A stretch of DNA of 64,000 nt from a virus, in IMG/VR virus record IMGVR_UViG_3300008997_000008, one strand, 5' to 3'. Positions 43,001 through 51,575 of the stretch are shown here, piece by piece. Below the pieces are notes generated by a model that saw nothing but the letters and a program-made list of their open reading frames with translations, was not told the origin of the DNA and did no database searches. The position numbers were made by a program, and so were the translations under genes. Within the stretch, counting starts at the first letter, position 1; every line of letters begins with the position of its first letter.

Positions 43001-45341
43001 GCACTTGGATTGTGCTCTGGCTGGTTGCTGTTCCAGTCACCTGAGGGCCGATATCCCAACTGGCTTCCAGGTGAGGATTCTCCCCATCAAGGAGCACCCC
43101 CAGATGCTGAACACCACCCACCAGGAGAGCACCCACCAGGAGGATCTGGTTCCCATCATGGACACCGAACCCTACTCCAGTGAACACCCCATCTGCCGTG
43201 TATTCCTCGACATAGAACCGGCCGCTCTCCGTGACCTGGGTGGTCATCGAGAGGTCCACATCCCTCTTGTAGTACGCTCCGGCGCCTGTCCCGTAGGAGC
43301 CTGTAGAGGCGTCTACAAGACGGTAGGTCCCGTCCCCTACCAAGGCCCCCGTGTCAGTACCAACAAGGCTCCAGGGGGTGGCTGCGGCCTCTGGAGTTGT
43401 CGTACCGAGGAACCCGCCGCTTTCGTAGAGGGCATCTGCAGAGATCGTCCCTTTGGAGACCGCCGTGGGGCTCTGGTTGAGGAGAAGTGTGGTCGGAGAG
43501 TTGAGGAGGGCAGAGTATCCTCTCTGGAACCCGACGAATCGGTGGCCGATACGCTTCGGAGAGGTGCGCTGGCCTCCTTGAAGAACCACACTCATAGGGA
43601 AGCGAGAGGTCCGGGCAGCCCCTGTCGTTCCGGAGACGCCTCCTGGAGGACGGATACCTGGGCGGGACCACGTGTTCAGGGTGAGACCTGGCGTGTTCAA
43701 ACCAGCCATGGGGAAGACCGGATTGGACGCCCAGATGTAGTCGACGTCGATGCTGAGAGTTCCAGGAGCCGTCCGGGGAATGGGCGTCTCCAGAACGATC
43801 TCCCCAATGTAGGGATTGATCGAAGCTACGGGAACAGATGTCCCTTCAACGCGAACCGTGACGTCTTCTTTCCTCGCGGGAGTAGCGTCTCCCCACCCAC
43901 GAACCAGAGGACCTCGAAGGGTTCGGATCCTATCCTGAGTGAGGACAGAACTCCCCGTGAAGGTGTCGGAGAGGTCGTGGATGAAGTTCCAGGCATCCGT
44001 GAAGACAGTCGCCGAAGCAGATACGTCCACACCACCCAAACGGAACAAGTTGATTTCGGGAGGGGCTGACAGGAGAACCGCTGTCCCTGCCGCATAGACA
44101 GGGGATCCTGTCGGAGCAGACAGAGCAAAGGTGAGCAGTGGCACTCCATCCACGAGGAGAGCGTAGAAAGCTCCCTTCATGTTCCGGACCAAGGAAACCG
44201 TCGTCTCAGCCAGGTCCCAGACAGCAGGGACCTGTAGGGAGAGAGCACCGCTCAGGACAGAGATGACCTTGTTTCCGGACACATCTTCAAGGACCAGGTC
44301 TATCTGGACCGTTCCGTCCGAGACAGAGAACGTGACTACACTGCTGTTCAGGGGGGAGGGAATGATCGAAGCAGAGGAGACGTCGAGAGTGAAGTCCGCG
44401 CGGAAGGACGTGCCCGTCAGGAGTCTCCCGGAGGTGTCCCCCAAGGACCAGCCATAGGAGAAGCCCGCCGACTTCGAGAGAATGAGCCCTGTTCCGGACG
44501 TGCTGGAAGTCCCAGACCCGAGTTCCGCCCCGTCCAGGTTGGGATCTGCGTCTGGAAGTACGGACCCGTCGTAGGTGTATGCCCCAGCAGGGCCTACGGT
44601 CAAGTTGTATGTGGTGGACGTCATCGGGTGGAGATCCAACACCACCCGAGAGAGGACTGAAGAATCTTGAGCTGCGGACCCCAAGGTAGGAGGGGCTGGA
44701 TAGCTGGTCGTGACGCTATAGGAGGCGACGTCATCCACGCCCGGAGAGAACACAGACTCCGCCAACAAGGGCTGTGGGTTCCCGTTGGAGTTCTCGAAGT
44801 CCAAGACGACAGTCCGCCCGTCGTCTGGGGAGGGGAATGAGATCTGGACCTGGGAGACATCCCCGAAGCTCGAGAAGGTAGCGGAGCTCAGGGATATCGG
44901 GTTCCCCGAGAGGTCCTGGACTCCAACCACCGAGACCTGGTACTGCCCGCCCAGAGTGGATCCTGAATGAGTGACGATGACTGATGTGTAGCCCCCATAG
45001 GATCCTGGAGTCCCCAGAGCTACGGAGAGAGGCGTGAGTGGGACCCCGTACACATCAGTGAAGGTGTAGTTGGAAGGGGTGGTCAGTGCAGGATTGGGAT
45101 CCATCTCCTCACTGAAGAAGATCTCAACCCGAAACCCGTCAAGGGAACTGGCAGAGGAGACCTTCGGAGGAATCGCATCCAGAGACCCATAAGGTCCGGT
45201 CCCGTAGGGGGATCCACCATAGCCACTTGTGACGGCAATCGGAGATCTTGGGAAAGCCGCTCCGCCATACGAGGAGTGTCCGTAGGCTGCGCCACCATAT
45301 CCGAGGCCACCGAACGTCAGGCCAGGCAGGTAGACAGGCAT
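39999..45341 (-). CDS. Large baseplate/tail structural protein (1780 aa) with Ig-like and beta-sandwich domains
   Basis: Size, beta-rich composition, Ig-like PPKVSSA...VEIFFSEEM...NYTF and structural context. Confidence 0.7.
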   Translation of the reverse strand: MPVYLPGLTFGGLGYGGAAYGHSSYGGAAFPRSPIAVTSGYGGSPYGTGPYGSLDAIPPKVSSASSLDGFRVEIFFSEEMDPNPALTTPSNYTFTDVYGVPLTPLSVALGTPGSYGGYTSVIVTHSGSTLGGQYQVSVVGVQDLSGNPISLSSATFSSFGDVSQVQISFPSPDDGRTVVLDFENSNGNPQPLLAESVFSPGVDDVASYSVTTSYPAPPTLGSAAQDSSVLSRVVLDLHPMTSTTYNLTVGPAGAYTYDGSVLPDADPNLDGAELGSGTSSTSGTGLILSKSAGFSYGWSLGDTSGRLLTGTSFRADFTLDVSSASIIPSPLNSSVVTFSVSDGTVQIDLVLEDVSGNKVISVLSGALSLQVPAVWDLAETTVSLVRNMKGAFYALLVDGVPLLTFALSAPTGSPVYAAGTAVLLSAPPEINLFRLGGVDVSASATVFTDAWNFIHDLSDTFTGSSVLTQDRIRTLRGPLVRGWGDATPARKEDVTVRVEGTSVPVASINPYIGEIVLETPIPRTAPGTLSIDVDYIWASNPVFPMAGLNTPGLTLNTWSRPGIRPPGGVSGTTGAARTSRFPMSVVLQGGQRTSPKRIGHRFVGFQRGYSALLNSPTTLLLNQSPTAVSKGTISADALYESGGFLGTTTPEAAATPWSLVGTDTGALVGDGTYRLVDASTGSYGTGAGAYYKRDVDLSMTTQVTESGRFYVEEYTADGVFTGVGFGVHDGNQILLVGALLVGGVQHLGVLLDGENPHLEASWDIGPQVTGTATSQSTIQVPFADLPTGVSDGNRFRVASGNQAGVYTVSECGVVQAEDGLTYELTFSPELPADISGFGNDEPEMLFEIKWDSDLISVRTTSEFPLGGATVLVGGPVSGEVAVLTSLPAFPAQTALFLPATKKGVSFWGSLSRRATNQSIWDLVLYSSVPERLTKTLQGLTVQTEMNTLPPDDPNDPWYEVGGFGYAVSPITEELLLKATSSDPGIGLTFSYSRVEPFLTNKVSTDFEARFRVESGVLGAGDARVTILDGVREIILDTLLYTQDANSRSLVADLPKASLSGLRAPVDAGWTQNPSFGLQPPFVRGQTLEISKAATETGIWSRSLPDPSSVTYEGLVSEARFSVTSSTSGSVGIGFLFGVDVTVATNTVRSVRIGFDTGSILLLDGSLATIGTLAYAWDDEPHTYRILCDPVADTVVLLVDDVVIGGTPLSGFASSTGSAQAFLGAEGSGVCEVVLESTSAVPLRPVALPGSSLGRTLGIKLREGTGIDGYRIPRADTSSAANSSAVAIPVIMDWQNFLHTRLYLDPTWGVSLFRPDIPLPPSATGDFATETTDPTAAWATVEYVQLPVNKQDRGCVEFGAPDPNSISQQRWDFVRYRIRGAVDGVGIAPQGMVLNRYVTASSGEFLRDTTPQVVTITSRTSTLVYVPDSAMFADRVFVVQVDGAVLPVSDWGFDKNSQNLILNSPLPEDNHPVTVTFAPGRPVTKTYLCGEPIENSSILLNEGTPPFEKSWDKPATATVTAGTPIDDPDDDLDPAESLILTDPYQYVKFTDDPESRYADLDFCEVEEGKSVHLSSMCDGPGPETGLVGITIEGLFTTDPFSVPEGPGGPWGQQSPFIKGSASQFDPTKVLLASGGVVQGGTLGPGTAILYPNARGPSGNPPPGGMGLNQEIFLVIQEVSPREETWGIQGTLGDNVPPSSVSGDPNPDGTPGATGNGAAVYMMEDFAGATYSKLGPWGGLDALSVRSLLAGGSPLSGVELTLSGGSALPGPTVTTGQIEAAN

Positions 45342-45369
45342 GCAGACTCTCCCTCAGAGGTTCAGAACG

Positions 45370-45384
45370 ATAGGGAGAGGACCG
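45370..45384 (-). promoter_or_regulatory. Class B motif CGGT-N7-CTAT
   Basis: Exact match, 29 nt before ATG 45341. Confidence 0.6.
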
Positions 45385-45394
45385 TTCCGACCCG

Positions 45395-45844
45395 CTACTT
45401 CTTGTCCGTCTCCTTCTTGCTCTCATCCACCTTGGCACGACGAGCCATGGCTTCCTGGGCCTGGAGAGCCCGCTCTGCCTGCTCATCGGAGTTCTGGACA
45501 AGCTCTCCGATAGCGGCAGGGTCGTTGTCCATATCCCTGCTGGGAACCGTTCCGGGAAGACGGGGGATGTCCTGTCCCTCGTTGTTGAGCTTGTCCATGG
45601 TCAGGGTGGGCTGGCTCCGGATAGGTCCGAGCTTCCAGTTCATGACCAGGTCCTTGGGGACGGACCACCGCTCCACACCTACCCAAGCCCCGCCGAAGGG
45701 CCATGAGAGTCCCGTGATACCTACCATCAGGAGATGGGTGGGGAGGAGGGGATCCTGCCTGATCTCCCCACAGCAGACTGTGACTGACCCATTCTTGGGG
45801 TTGTCGGTCTTGAGGACAACAAGGATGACGCGCGTTCCAGCCAT
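45395..45844 (-). CDS. Hypothetical protein downstream of the tail fibres
   Basis: ORF track; GGAG RBS. Confidence 0.55.
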   Translation of the reverse strand: MAGTRVILVVLKTDNPKNGSVTVCCGEIRQDPLLPTHLLMVGITGLSWPFGGAWVGVERWSVPKDLVMNWKLGPIRSQPTLTMDKLNNEGQDIPRLPGTVPSRDMDNDPAAIGELVQNSDEQAERALQAQEAMARRAKVDESKKETDKK

Positions 45845-45936
45845 GTGGGAGATCTCCGGATGAGGGATCTCCCACTCTACCTACGATGAAGGCCCGACGC
45901 AGGGCCGGGCCTTCGAGAGTCTGGGACTCGTCAGGA

Positions 45937-48225
45937 TCAGGTGACGCTGAGGTACTTGACCCGGTAGGTGTGGCCGGAGGCGAAGATGTTCGCTCCGATT
46001 GTCACCCGACCGATCGAGCCCGCTCCCGTGTTGTCGATCTTGTACTGGGTGGCGCCGGAAGGCGAGCCGCCGTTGCCCTGGTTGGCCATGTCCGCGATAC
46101 CGTTGCGGTACACCTCGTTGTAGTTGTCCTCGTTGGTGCCGATGAGGGCAGCCACCGCCAGGTCCTTCGTGGAGGGGTTGGCGTTGGTGAAGGTGCCCGC
46201 CGCGTGGGTCTCCTCGCGGAACCGGATGTTCAGGCGGTCCAGGGAGAGGACGTTCGCGTTGAACTCGGTATCGGTGATCTTGTTGACCTTGACACCAGAG
46301 GCACTGACGGACAGCGTGGTTCCGTCGAGGTTCACACTGAGCGTGGAGCCCGCACCACCGGCGATACCGTTGCCCTGCGCGGCGAGTCGGAGGTTGGCGG
46401 AGCCGTCGGCCTCGAGGCCCGTGCCCGCGATGGCGTTGATGTCGACACCGACACCGTTCGCGACCACGTTGACCGGCTGGATGTTGCCGCCAGTGGTGGA
46501 GTCAGCGTCCACACCGACGGTATCGGCGAGGACGGTGATACCGTTGCCGGCTCCGACATCGAAGGTCTGGCCCGACTTGGTCAGACCCGCACCCGCGTTG
46601 ATCTGGCCGGCACCGGTGAACTGGACCCACGCGGTGTTGTCGTAGGTGTAGCCGAGGTTCTCGTAGTACGAGGCCTCGCCGGTGATCAGCGCCGCGTTGC
46701 CCTCTGCCGGCGCGGTGAGCGTCGGGGTGTTGCTGGTTCCGTCGAAGTCGGCGAGCTTGTTCTCGTCGGTCCCGTCGGAGAGGGGGGCGAAGAGAGCGCC
46801 GGCCGAGACGATGCAGCGAGTGCCGGAGGGCACGAAACCGCCGCTGTGGGAGACGATCTTCTTCCAGTCGGTGCCGTTGTACTCAGCGATGTCGCCGGCC
46901 GCCAGGAGATCCGAGGAGCCCGCCGAGGGGGTTCCTGCGTCACCGGCCACGACCGCCCAGCCCGCCAAGGGGGAGAGGGCGTCGATCTGAGCCACGGTCC
47001 GGGTGCCCTGGTAGTCCAGGACGACAGCCGGGGCCAGCCACTTGAGCCCGGAGGCAGCGGCATCCACATACGCCTTGTTGGCGACGTGGTTGGCGTCGAT
47101 CATGGTGCCGGTGACGAACAGACCCTTGGCAGTGACGCCGTTCGGGAAGGTCCAGTCGGCGCTGGAGTTGAAGGTGACTTCGGAGCCGACGTCAACCGCG
47201 ACATCGTTGGCGTTCGCCACGATGCCCGTTCCGGCGCCAACCGCGAGGACCGTGCCACCACCGCCCGTGAGACCGTTGCCAGCCACGGAGGTGTTGAGCT
47301 GAGTCTCGGTGACACCACCGTCAGCCACCTTGACGCCCGAGACGCCCACTGCGAGAGTCGCACCATCGAGGTCCACGCTCAGGGTCGACCCCGCGCCGCC
47401 TGCGATACCGTTGCCCTGCGCGGCGAGACGGAGGTTCTCCGAGCCGTCATCCTCCAGACCGGTTCCCGCGAAGTCAGAGACGTCGACGTCGAGGGTGACC
47501 GCGGCACCCAGAGCCACCGAGCCGCCCGTCTTCAGACCGTCGCCCGCCGTGACGGTGACGCTGGAGTTGGAGAGCTTGGCGTTGGCGATGGAGCCGGCCA
47601 GCATGGCGTTGGTGATACCGAGCGCCTTGACCCGGACCACGTCAGCGTTGGTCTCGATGGAGGAGTCGTCGACGTTGACATCGAGAGCCGCTCCGTTGGC
47701 GACCAGGCCATCCCCAGCGAGGGTGTCGGAGGTCGCGCCGCCGACCTCGACGACCGTCCAGCCATCGGTTCCGACCGTCGCGCCGCCCTGGTCCGCATCC
47801 ACGCGGAAGAGCTTGTCGACATCGGTGGAGCCCTCGAGGACCTGCACGTACCAGCCAGCTGCCTCAGCGCCGGTGGGAGCGTCCTTGGTCCGGGCCCAGG
47901 TGTTGTCGTCAGTGCCGCCACCGTCGACCGTCATCTCGTAGAGGCCGTCCTGGCTGGCGGTGGACTGGGCGGGAACCAAGATCCGGTCACCGACCGACAG
48001 GGTAACGCCATCAACCGCGTCCGGGGAAGAGCCGCCGGTCAGGTTGATGTTCCCCTGCGCCTTGACGCGGACCGGGGTCTTGAAGGTGTCGTTGTTCGGA
48101 GCGAGCTTGACGCCGTCGGCGTCTCGCGTCATACCGAAACCGATCTTGACCTGCATTCCCCCGGAACCGTCGTCCTCGACGCCAGGGTTGGTGGCCATCC
48201 GAAGCTGCTCGAAGGCGATTGACAT
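45937..48225 (-). CDS. Fibre protein with Gly-rich internal repeats
   Basis: PVRV....NI.L.G...VDGVTL..GDRILV..Q....QDGLY collar-like motif; repeated GL...G..L.V.VD..; capsid-like codon bias. Confidence 0.75.
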   Translation of the reverse strand: MSIAFEQLRMATNPGVEDDGSGGMQVKIGFGMTRDADGVKLAPNNDTFKTPVRVKAQGNINLTGGSSPDAVDGVTLSVGDRILVPAQSTASQDGLYEMTVDGGGTDDNTWARTKDAPTGAEAAGWYVQVLEGSTDVDKLFRVDADQGGATVGTDGWTVVEVGGATSDTLAGDGLVANGAALDVNVDDSSIETNADVVRVKALGITNAMLAGSIANAKLSNSSVTVTAGDGLKTGGSVALGAAVTLDVDVSDFAGTGLEDDGSENLRLAAQGNGIAGGAGSTLSVDLDGATLAVGVSGVKVADGGVTETQLNTSVAGNGLTGGGGTVLAVGAGTGIVANANDVAVDVGSEVTFNSSADWTFPNGVTAKGLFVTGTMIDANHVANKAYVDAAASGLKWLAPAVVLDYQGTRTVAQIDALSPLAGWAVVAGDAGTPSAGSSDLLAAGDIAEYNGTDWKKIVSHSGGFVPSGTRCIVSAGALFAPLSDGTDENKLADFDGTSNTPTLTAPAEGNAALITGEASYYENLGYTYDNTAWVQFTGAGQINAGAGLTKSGQTFDVGAGNGITVLADTVGVDADSTTGGNIQPVNVVANGVGVDINAIAGTGLEADGSANLRLAAQGNGIAGGAGSTLSVNLDGTTLSVSASGVKVNKITDTEFNANVLSLDRLNIRFREETHAAGTFTNANPSTKDLAVAALIGTNEDNYNEVYRNGIADMANQGNGGSPSGATQYKIDNTGAGSIGRVTIGANIFASGHTYRVKYLSVT
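46361..46386. repeat. 26-bp exact direct repeat (second copy 47402-47427) within a duplicated ~50-aa fibre segment
   Basis: gcgataccgttgccctgcgcggcgag seen at both positions; encodes LAAQGNGIA. Confidence 0.9.
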
Positions 48226-48294
48226 GAAGGACTCCGTGAAGGGGGGGGGAGACTGCTCTCGCCCTACGGAGCCCAGATAGGCCCACTATTTATA

Positions 48295-51200
48295 TCAGGT
48301 CTTCGGGTACACGAGCCGATAGTTGTGAGTCTCGATGGTGATGTCGTCACCGATCTCGAGGTTCCCTGCGTTGATCCGATACTCGTATTCGTTGGTCGGG
48401 ACAGCAGGACCGACGTTATCCACCTCAGCGATCCCGTTCTTGTACAGGATGACGAAGCCCGCCAGGTCAGCAGCTGTATCCAGAGTCTCAGTGATCGCCA
48501 CGCTGGACACAGTCCCGTCCCAGGTGAAGGAGGCACTTGGGAAGAGATCCTGCTGAATTCCCGCCAGGATAGCCGCGCTAATGATTGGGTAGACGATCCT
48601 GTATGTGTCGGTGGGATCCAGGGTAACGTCCGCTCCGATCTCCAGGACATTGGAGACGATCCGATACTCAAACTCAGTTGTAGGGGCTGTGGGGCCCACG
48701 TTGTTGATGTCCGAGACGCCGTTCCGAAACAGGACGATGATCCCAGCATTCATGACATTTGAATCTGGGATAGAGGACAGAGTCACCGAGGAGACCGAAC
48801 CGTCCCAGGCAAAGTCGGTGGCCGCAAACACGTCCTGAGCGGCTCCCACAAGGGAGCCCCCGCCACCCCCGCCTCCAGTTACGACGACGTTGGCTTGGCC
48901 TCCTCCAGCGTCCGTAACCGTGACTCCAGAGCCGGTGAAGTTGAGAATCTTGAACGCACCGAGCCCGGTCCCTTCATCCTCTACGGTGATGGACCCAAGA
49001 CCTCCTGTCAGGTTCATTGCCGTAGCTGAGGAGGTCCCATGCTCATGAATGTAGTAAAGGTCCCCCAGGACAGAACCACCAGCTCCGTCCCCAACCCACA
49101 GAACCCCCTTGCCTGAGATGAACGCTGTGGGAGGGGCTTCCGTCTGGATCAGATAGGTGGGGTCGAGGGGACCAGGGACAGTGAGCTTCCCGGTATCTGT
49201 GTTGTAGATCATCGGGTTGGCGTCGCCGACCCCGAAGGTGATCTCATTCGCCGCTGTGACTCGAATCCGCACAGCCTCAGGGAAGGTGCCCGCCGTCATG
49301 GTTTGGCTGGCGAACCCTCCGAGAGCTACGTCCAGGCCTGTGTCTGCATTGAGGAAGAAGACCTCAGCTGTTTCCCCTCGAGAGGCAGTGGTGAGGAGAA
49401 TGACCCCACCGCCTGCGTCTGAGGCAACAAGCTCCAGAGTAGCGTTGAGCTTCCCCAGGACCGCGAACAGGTTGTCAGCCGCGTCTATTGCGACCTCGAC
49501 CGCCCCCATGTCGGTCCCGAACCGCACCGTTCCGGTGACACCCCCGACGAAGGCACCAGATGCTTGGAGAGTCGCAGGAGTGGCGGCCTCCGGACGGACG
49601 AGAACCACGTCTCCAACTGTTCCGGCTTCGGAGTCTCCAGGGACCAGGTACAGGGAGGCTCCATCTCCGCCCCCTGCGGCAGCACCACGACCCGCTTGGA
49701 CATAGACAGAGCCTGCGGGGAGAGGATTCGCGAGGGAATCACCCCCTCGGAGGATCGCTCGACCTACTTGGTTCCCACCAGCCGCAGACTTGGACCCCAC
49801 ACGGATGTTGTAGTTGTGGTGGCTTGGAACTCCTGTAGCGTTCGCCAGGAGGAATGCAGTGGACCCGAAGGGAGCATCAGGAGCCCAGATCTCCTGGCCC
49901 ATGAGGACCTCAGGCCCATTTCCGTACGGGTTGGGACTGAGCTGGAGCTCCGGCTTGTTGATAGCCCCCAGCCTGAAACGCCCGACAATATCGAGGCCCC
50001 CGTCGGTGCTTCCTGGGGGAATGGGATCGGAGGGGGCAGCGGCGTCGACGATCTCGACTGCGCCTTGATCCGCCACGATACGACGACCGGAGCCCGGAGA
50101 GCCCCCGCCATCGTAGGCGTCATCGAGAGTACGAACCGCGACTGCGACTCCCCAAACCTCATCGATAGCGGCCTGTACATTCTCTGCCGCCAGTCCCGTA
50201 GCGGTGTTGTCGAAGAACTGAGTGCTTGAGAGAACCGTAGCTGCGAGGACTCCAGGGTTCCCGGAGGGGAACGAGAGAGCCCCGTGGTCAACACTCCCCA
50301 TAGTGAGAGAGGTGGTCCCTGAGATGCCTGCCGTGTCATACAGAAGAGCGCCGAAGCGGCTCCAACGGATGACTGACACCACATCCCCAGTAACGGCACC
50401 CCCGCCAGGATTGAAGGCTATGTCTTGGGTAGCCGCACCAGAGATCTTCGTGAGCTCAACATCGAGGAAGTCGGCCTCGGAGCGGATCCCATAGGAGCCG
50501 CTCGACGCAATGGAACAGTCCCGGAGCTCGAGGGTCGACCCTGCCCGGGCATGGATCCCCCGGATATCGACGGTCGCATTCCAGAGGGATGCTGTTGTCC
50601 CATCCCCTACGATGAGCGCATAGCTGTCTGCCGAGGCTCCTGAGTTCGAGGAGAGGATTCCACCCCGAACCCGAAGAGCGCTCGTCCCTGCAGTGAGGAT
50701 AGCAGGTCCTTGGGGAGAGGCCCCTCCTTCCGCCGAGACTACACACTGGGACAGGGTGAGGGTTCCTGCCCCGGAAAGGCTGAGTACAGCATTGGCTGAA
50801 GTGTCGGGATTCTCGAAGTACAGATTCGTGAGGTTGACCTCGTCCAAGGATCCCGCAAGGAAGACGGAGTGGGCTGCCGTATCGTTTTGGATACGGACCA
50901 CCTTGGTCTCCCCACCCCCAGGGGCCCCGAAGACGTGAACATGCGAGTAGAAGGTGAGGTCTTCTGTGTAGGTGCCTGGACGGACCAAGACAGCCCACGG
51001 AGCAATCGCCGTAGGGGTCTGTGTCTGAGCGTAGTCGAGGGCCTCCTGGATCGTCTGGTAGTCTCCCTGTGCGGGGTCCACATAGAGGAGCCGCCCTCCT
51101 GACCCCGCCTTGGTGATCAGAGAGAGGAGAGAAAGGAGGTTCCCGTTCTGGTCGTCCGCCCACCCCGCTGCTGTTCCGTCTACTGGAACGGGGACTGCAT

Positions 51201-51549
51201 AGACACCCTCACCCGCAGCAACCAGCTTCAGGTCCCCGAGGGAGGTGAGCGCCCGGAGCCGCACGAACTGTTCGGTGCTTCCTGTTCCGTCTGTAAACAC
51301 CAGACGGATGAGATAGGGCCCCTCGACATCAACGGTGAAGGAACCAGGGCTCTTGGCGACAGCGGATCCCGAGAAGGATGCCGTGGAGCCTTCGGGAGCG
51401 AAGGCAATCGTCCAGGAGTATACGGTTCCCGCGTTGACGGAGTCCAGCAGGACTACATCATTGATCTCAAGGTCGTCCCGAGACGCATTGATGACACTCG
51501 GCTTCGCTACCGGTGCGGTGACAGAGCTCTCGATAGATGCAGTAGCCAT
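48295..51549 (-). CDS. Tail fibre/spike with a pectin-lyase-like beta-helix and a duplicated C-terminal module
   Basis: GDYQTIQEAL...VRPGTYTEDL beta-helix start; two C-terminal copies of F.WDG.VSSV...NG.....NVGP..PT.E.EYRI...LEIG. Confidence 0.75.
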   Translation of the reverse strand: MATASIESSVTAPVAKPSVINASRDDLEINDVVLLDSVNAGTVYSWTIAFAPEGSTASFSGSAVAKSPGSFTVDVEGPYLIRLVFTDGTGSTEQFVRLRALTSLGDLKLVAAGEGVYAVPVPVDGTAAGWADDQNGNLLSLLSLITKAGSGGRLLYVDPAQGDYQTIQEALDYAQTQTPTAIAPWAVLVRPGTYTEDLTFYSHVHVFGAPGGGETKVVRIQNDTAAHSVFLAGSLDEVNLTNLYFENPDTSANAVLSLSGAGTLTLSQCVVSAEGGASPQGPAILTAGTSALRVRGGILSSNSGASADSYALIVGDGTTASLWNATVDIRGIHARAGSTLELRDCSIASSGSYGIRSEADFLDVELTKISGAATQDIAFNPGGGAVTGDVVSVIRWSRFGALLYDTAGISGTTSLTMGSVDHGALSFPSGNPGVLAATVLSSTQFFDNTATGLAAENVQAAIDEVWGVAVAVRTLDDAYDGGGSPGSGRRIVADQGAVEIVDAAAPSDPIPPGSTDGGLDIVGRFRLGAINKPELQLSPNPYGNGPEVLMGQEIWAPDAPFGSTAFLLANATGVPSHHNYNIRVGSKSAAGGNQVGRAILRGGDSLANPLPAGSVYVQAGRGAAAGGGDGASLYLVPGDSEAGTVGDVVLVRPEAATPATLQASGAFVGGVTGTVRFGTDMGAVEVAIDAADNLFAVLGKLNATLELVASDAGGGVILLTTASRGETAEVFFLNADTGLDVALGGFASQTMTAGTFPEAVRIRVTAANEITFGVGDANPMIYNTDTGKLTVPGPLDPTYLIQTEAPPTAFISGKGVLWVGDGAGGSVLGDLYYIHEHGTSSATAMNLTGGLGSITVEDEGTGLGAFKILNFTGSGVTVTDAGGGQANVVVTGGGGGGGSLVGAAQDVFAATDFAWDGSVSSVTLSSIPDSNVMNAGIIVLFRNGVSDINNVGPTAPTTEFEYRIVSNVLEIGADVTLDPTDTYRIVYPIISAAILAGIQQDLFPSASFTWDGTVSSVAITETLDTAADLAGFVILYKNGIAEVDNVGPAVPTNEYEYRINAGNLEIGDDITIETHNYRLVYPKT

Positions 51550-51575
51550 CTACAGGTCTCCTGCAAGATGCTGGA

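Noticed and set aside
46330-47470. Fibre repeat pair as a DGR template/variable region
   Set aside because: Differences are not confined to adenines, both copies are in frame within one gene, and no reverse transcriptase gene is present in the window.
45886-48222. 778-aa plus-strand ORF, and similar long antisense ORFs (18490, 22235, 24659, 25769, 57303, 59093, 60349)
   Set aside because: These are shadows of strongly GC3-biased genes on the opposite strand. The translations have no recognisable motifs.
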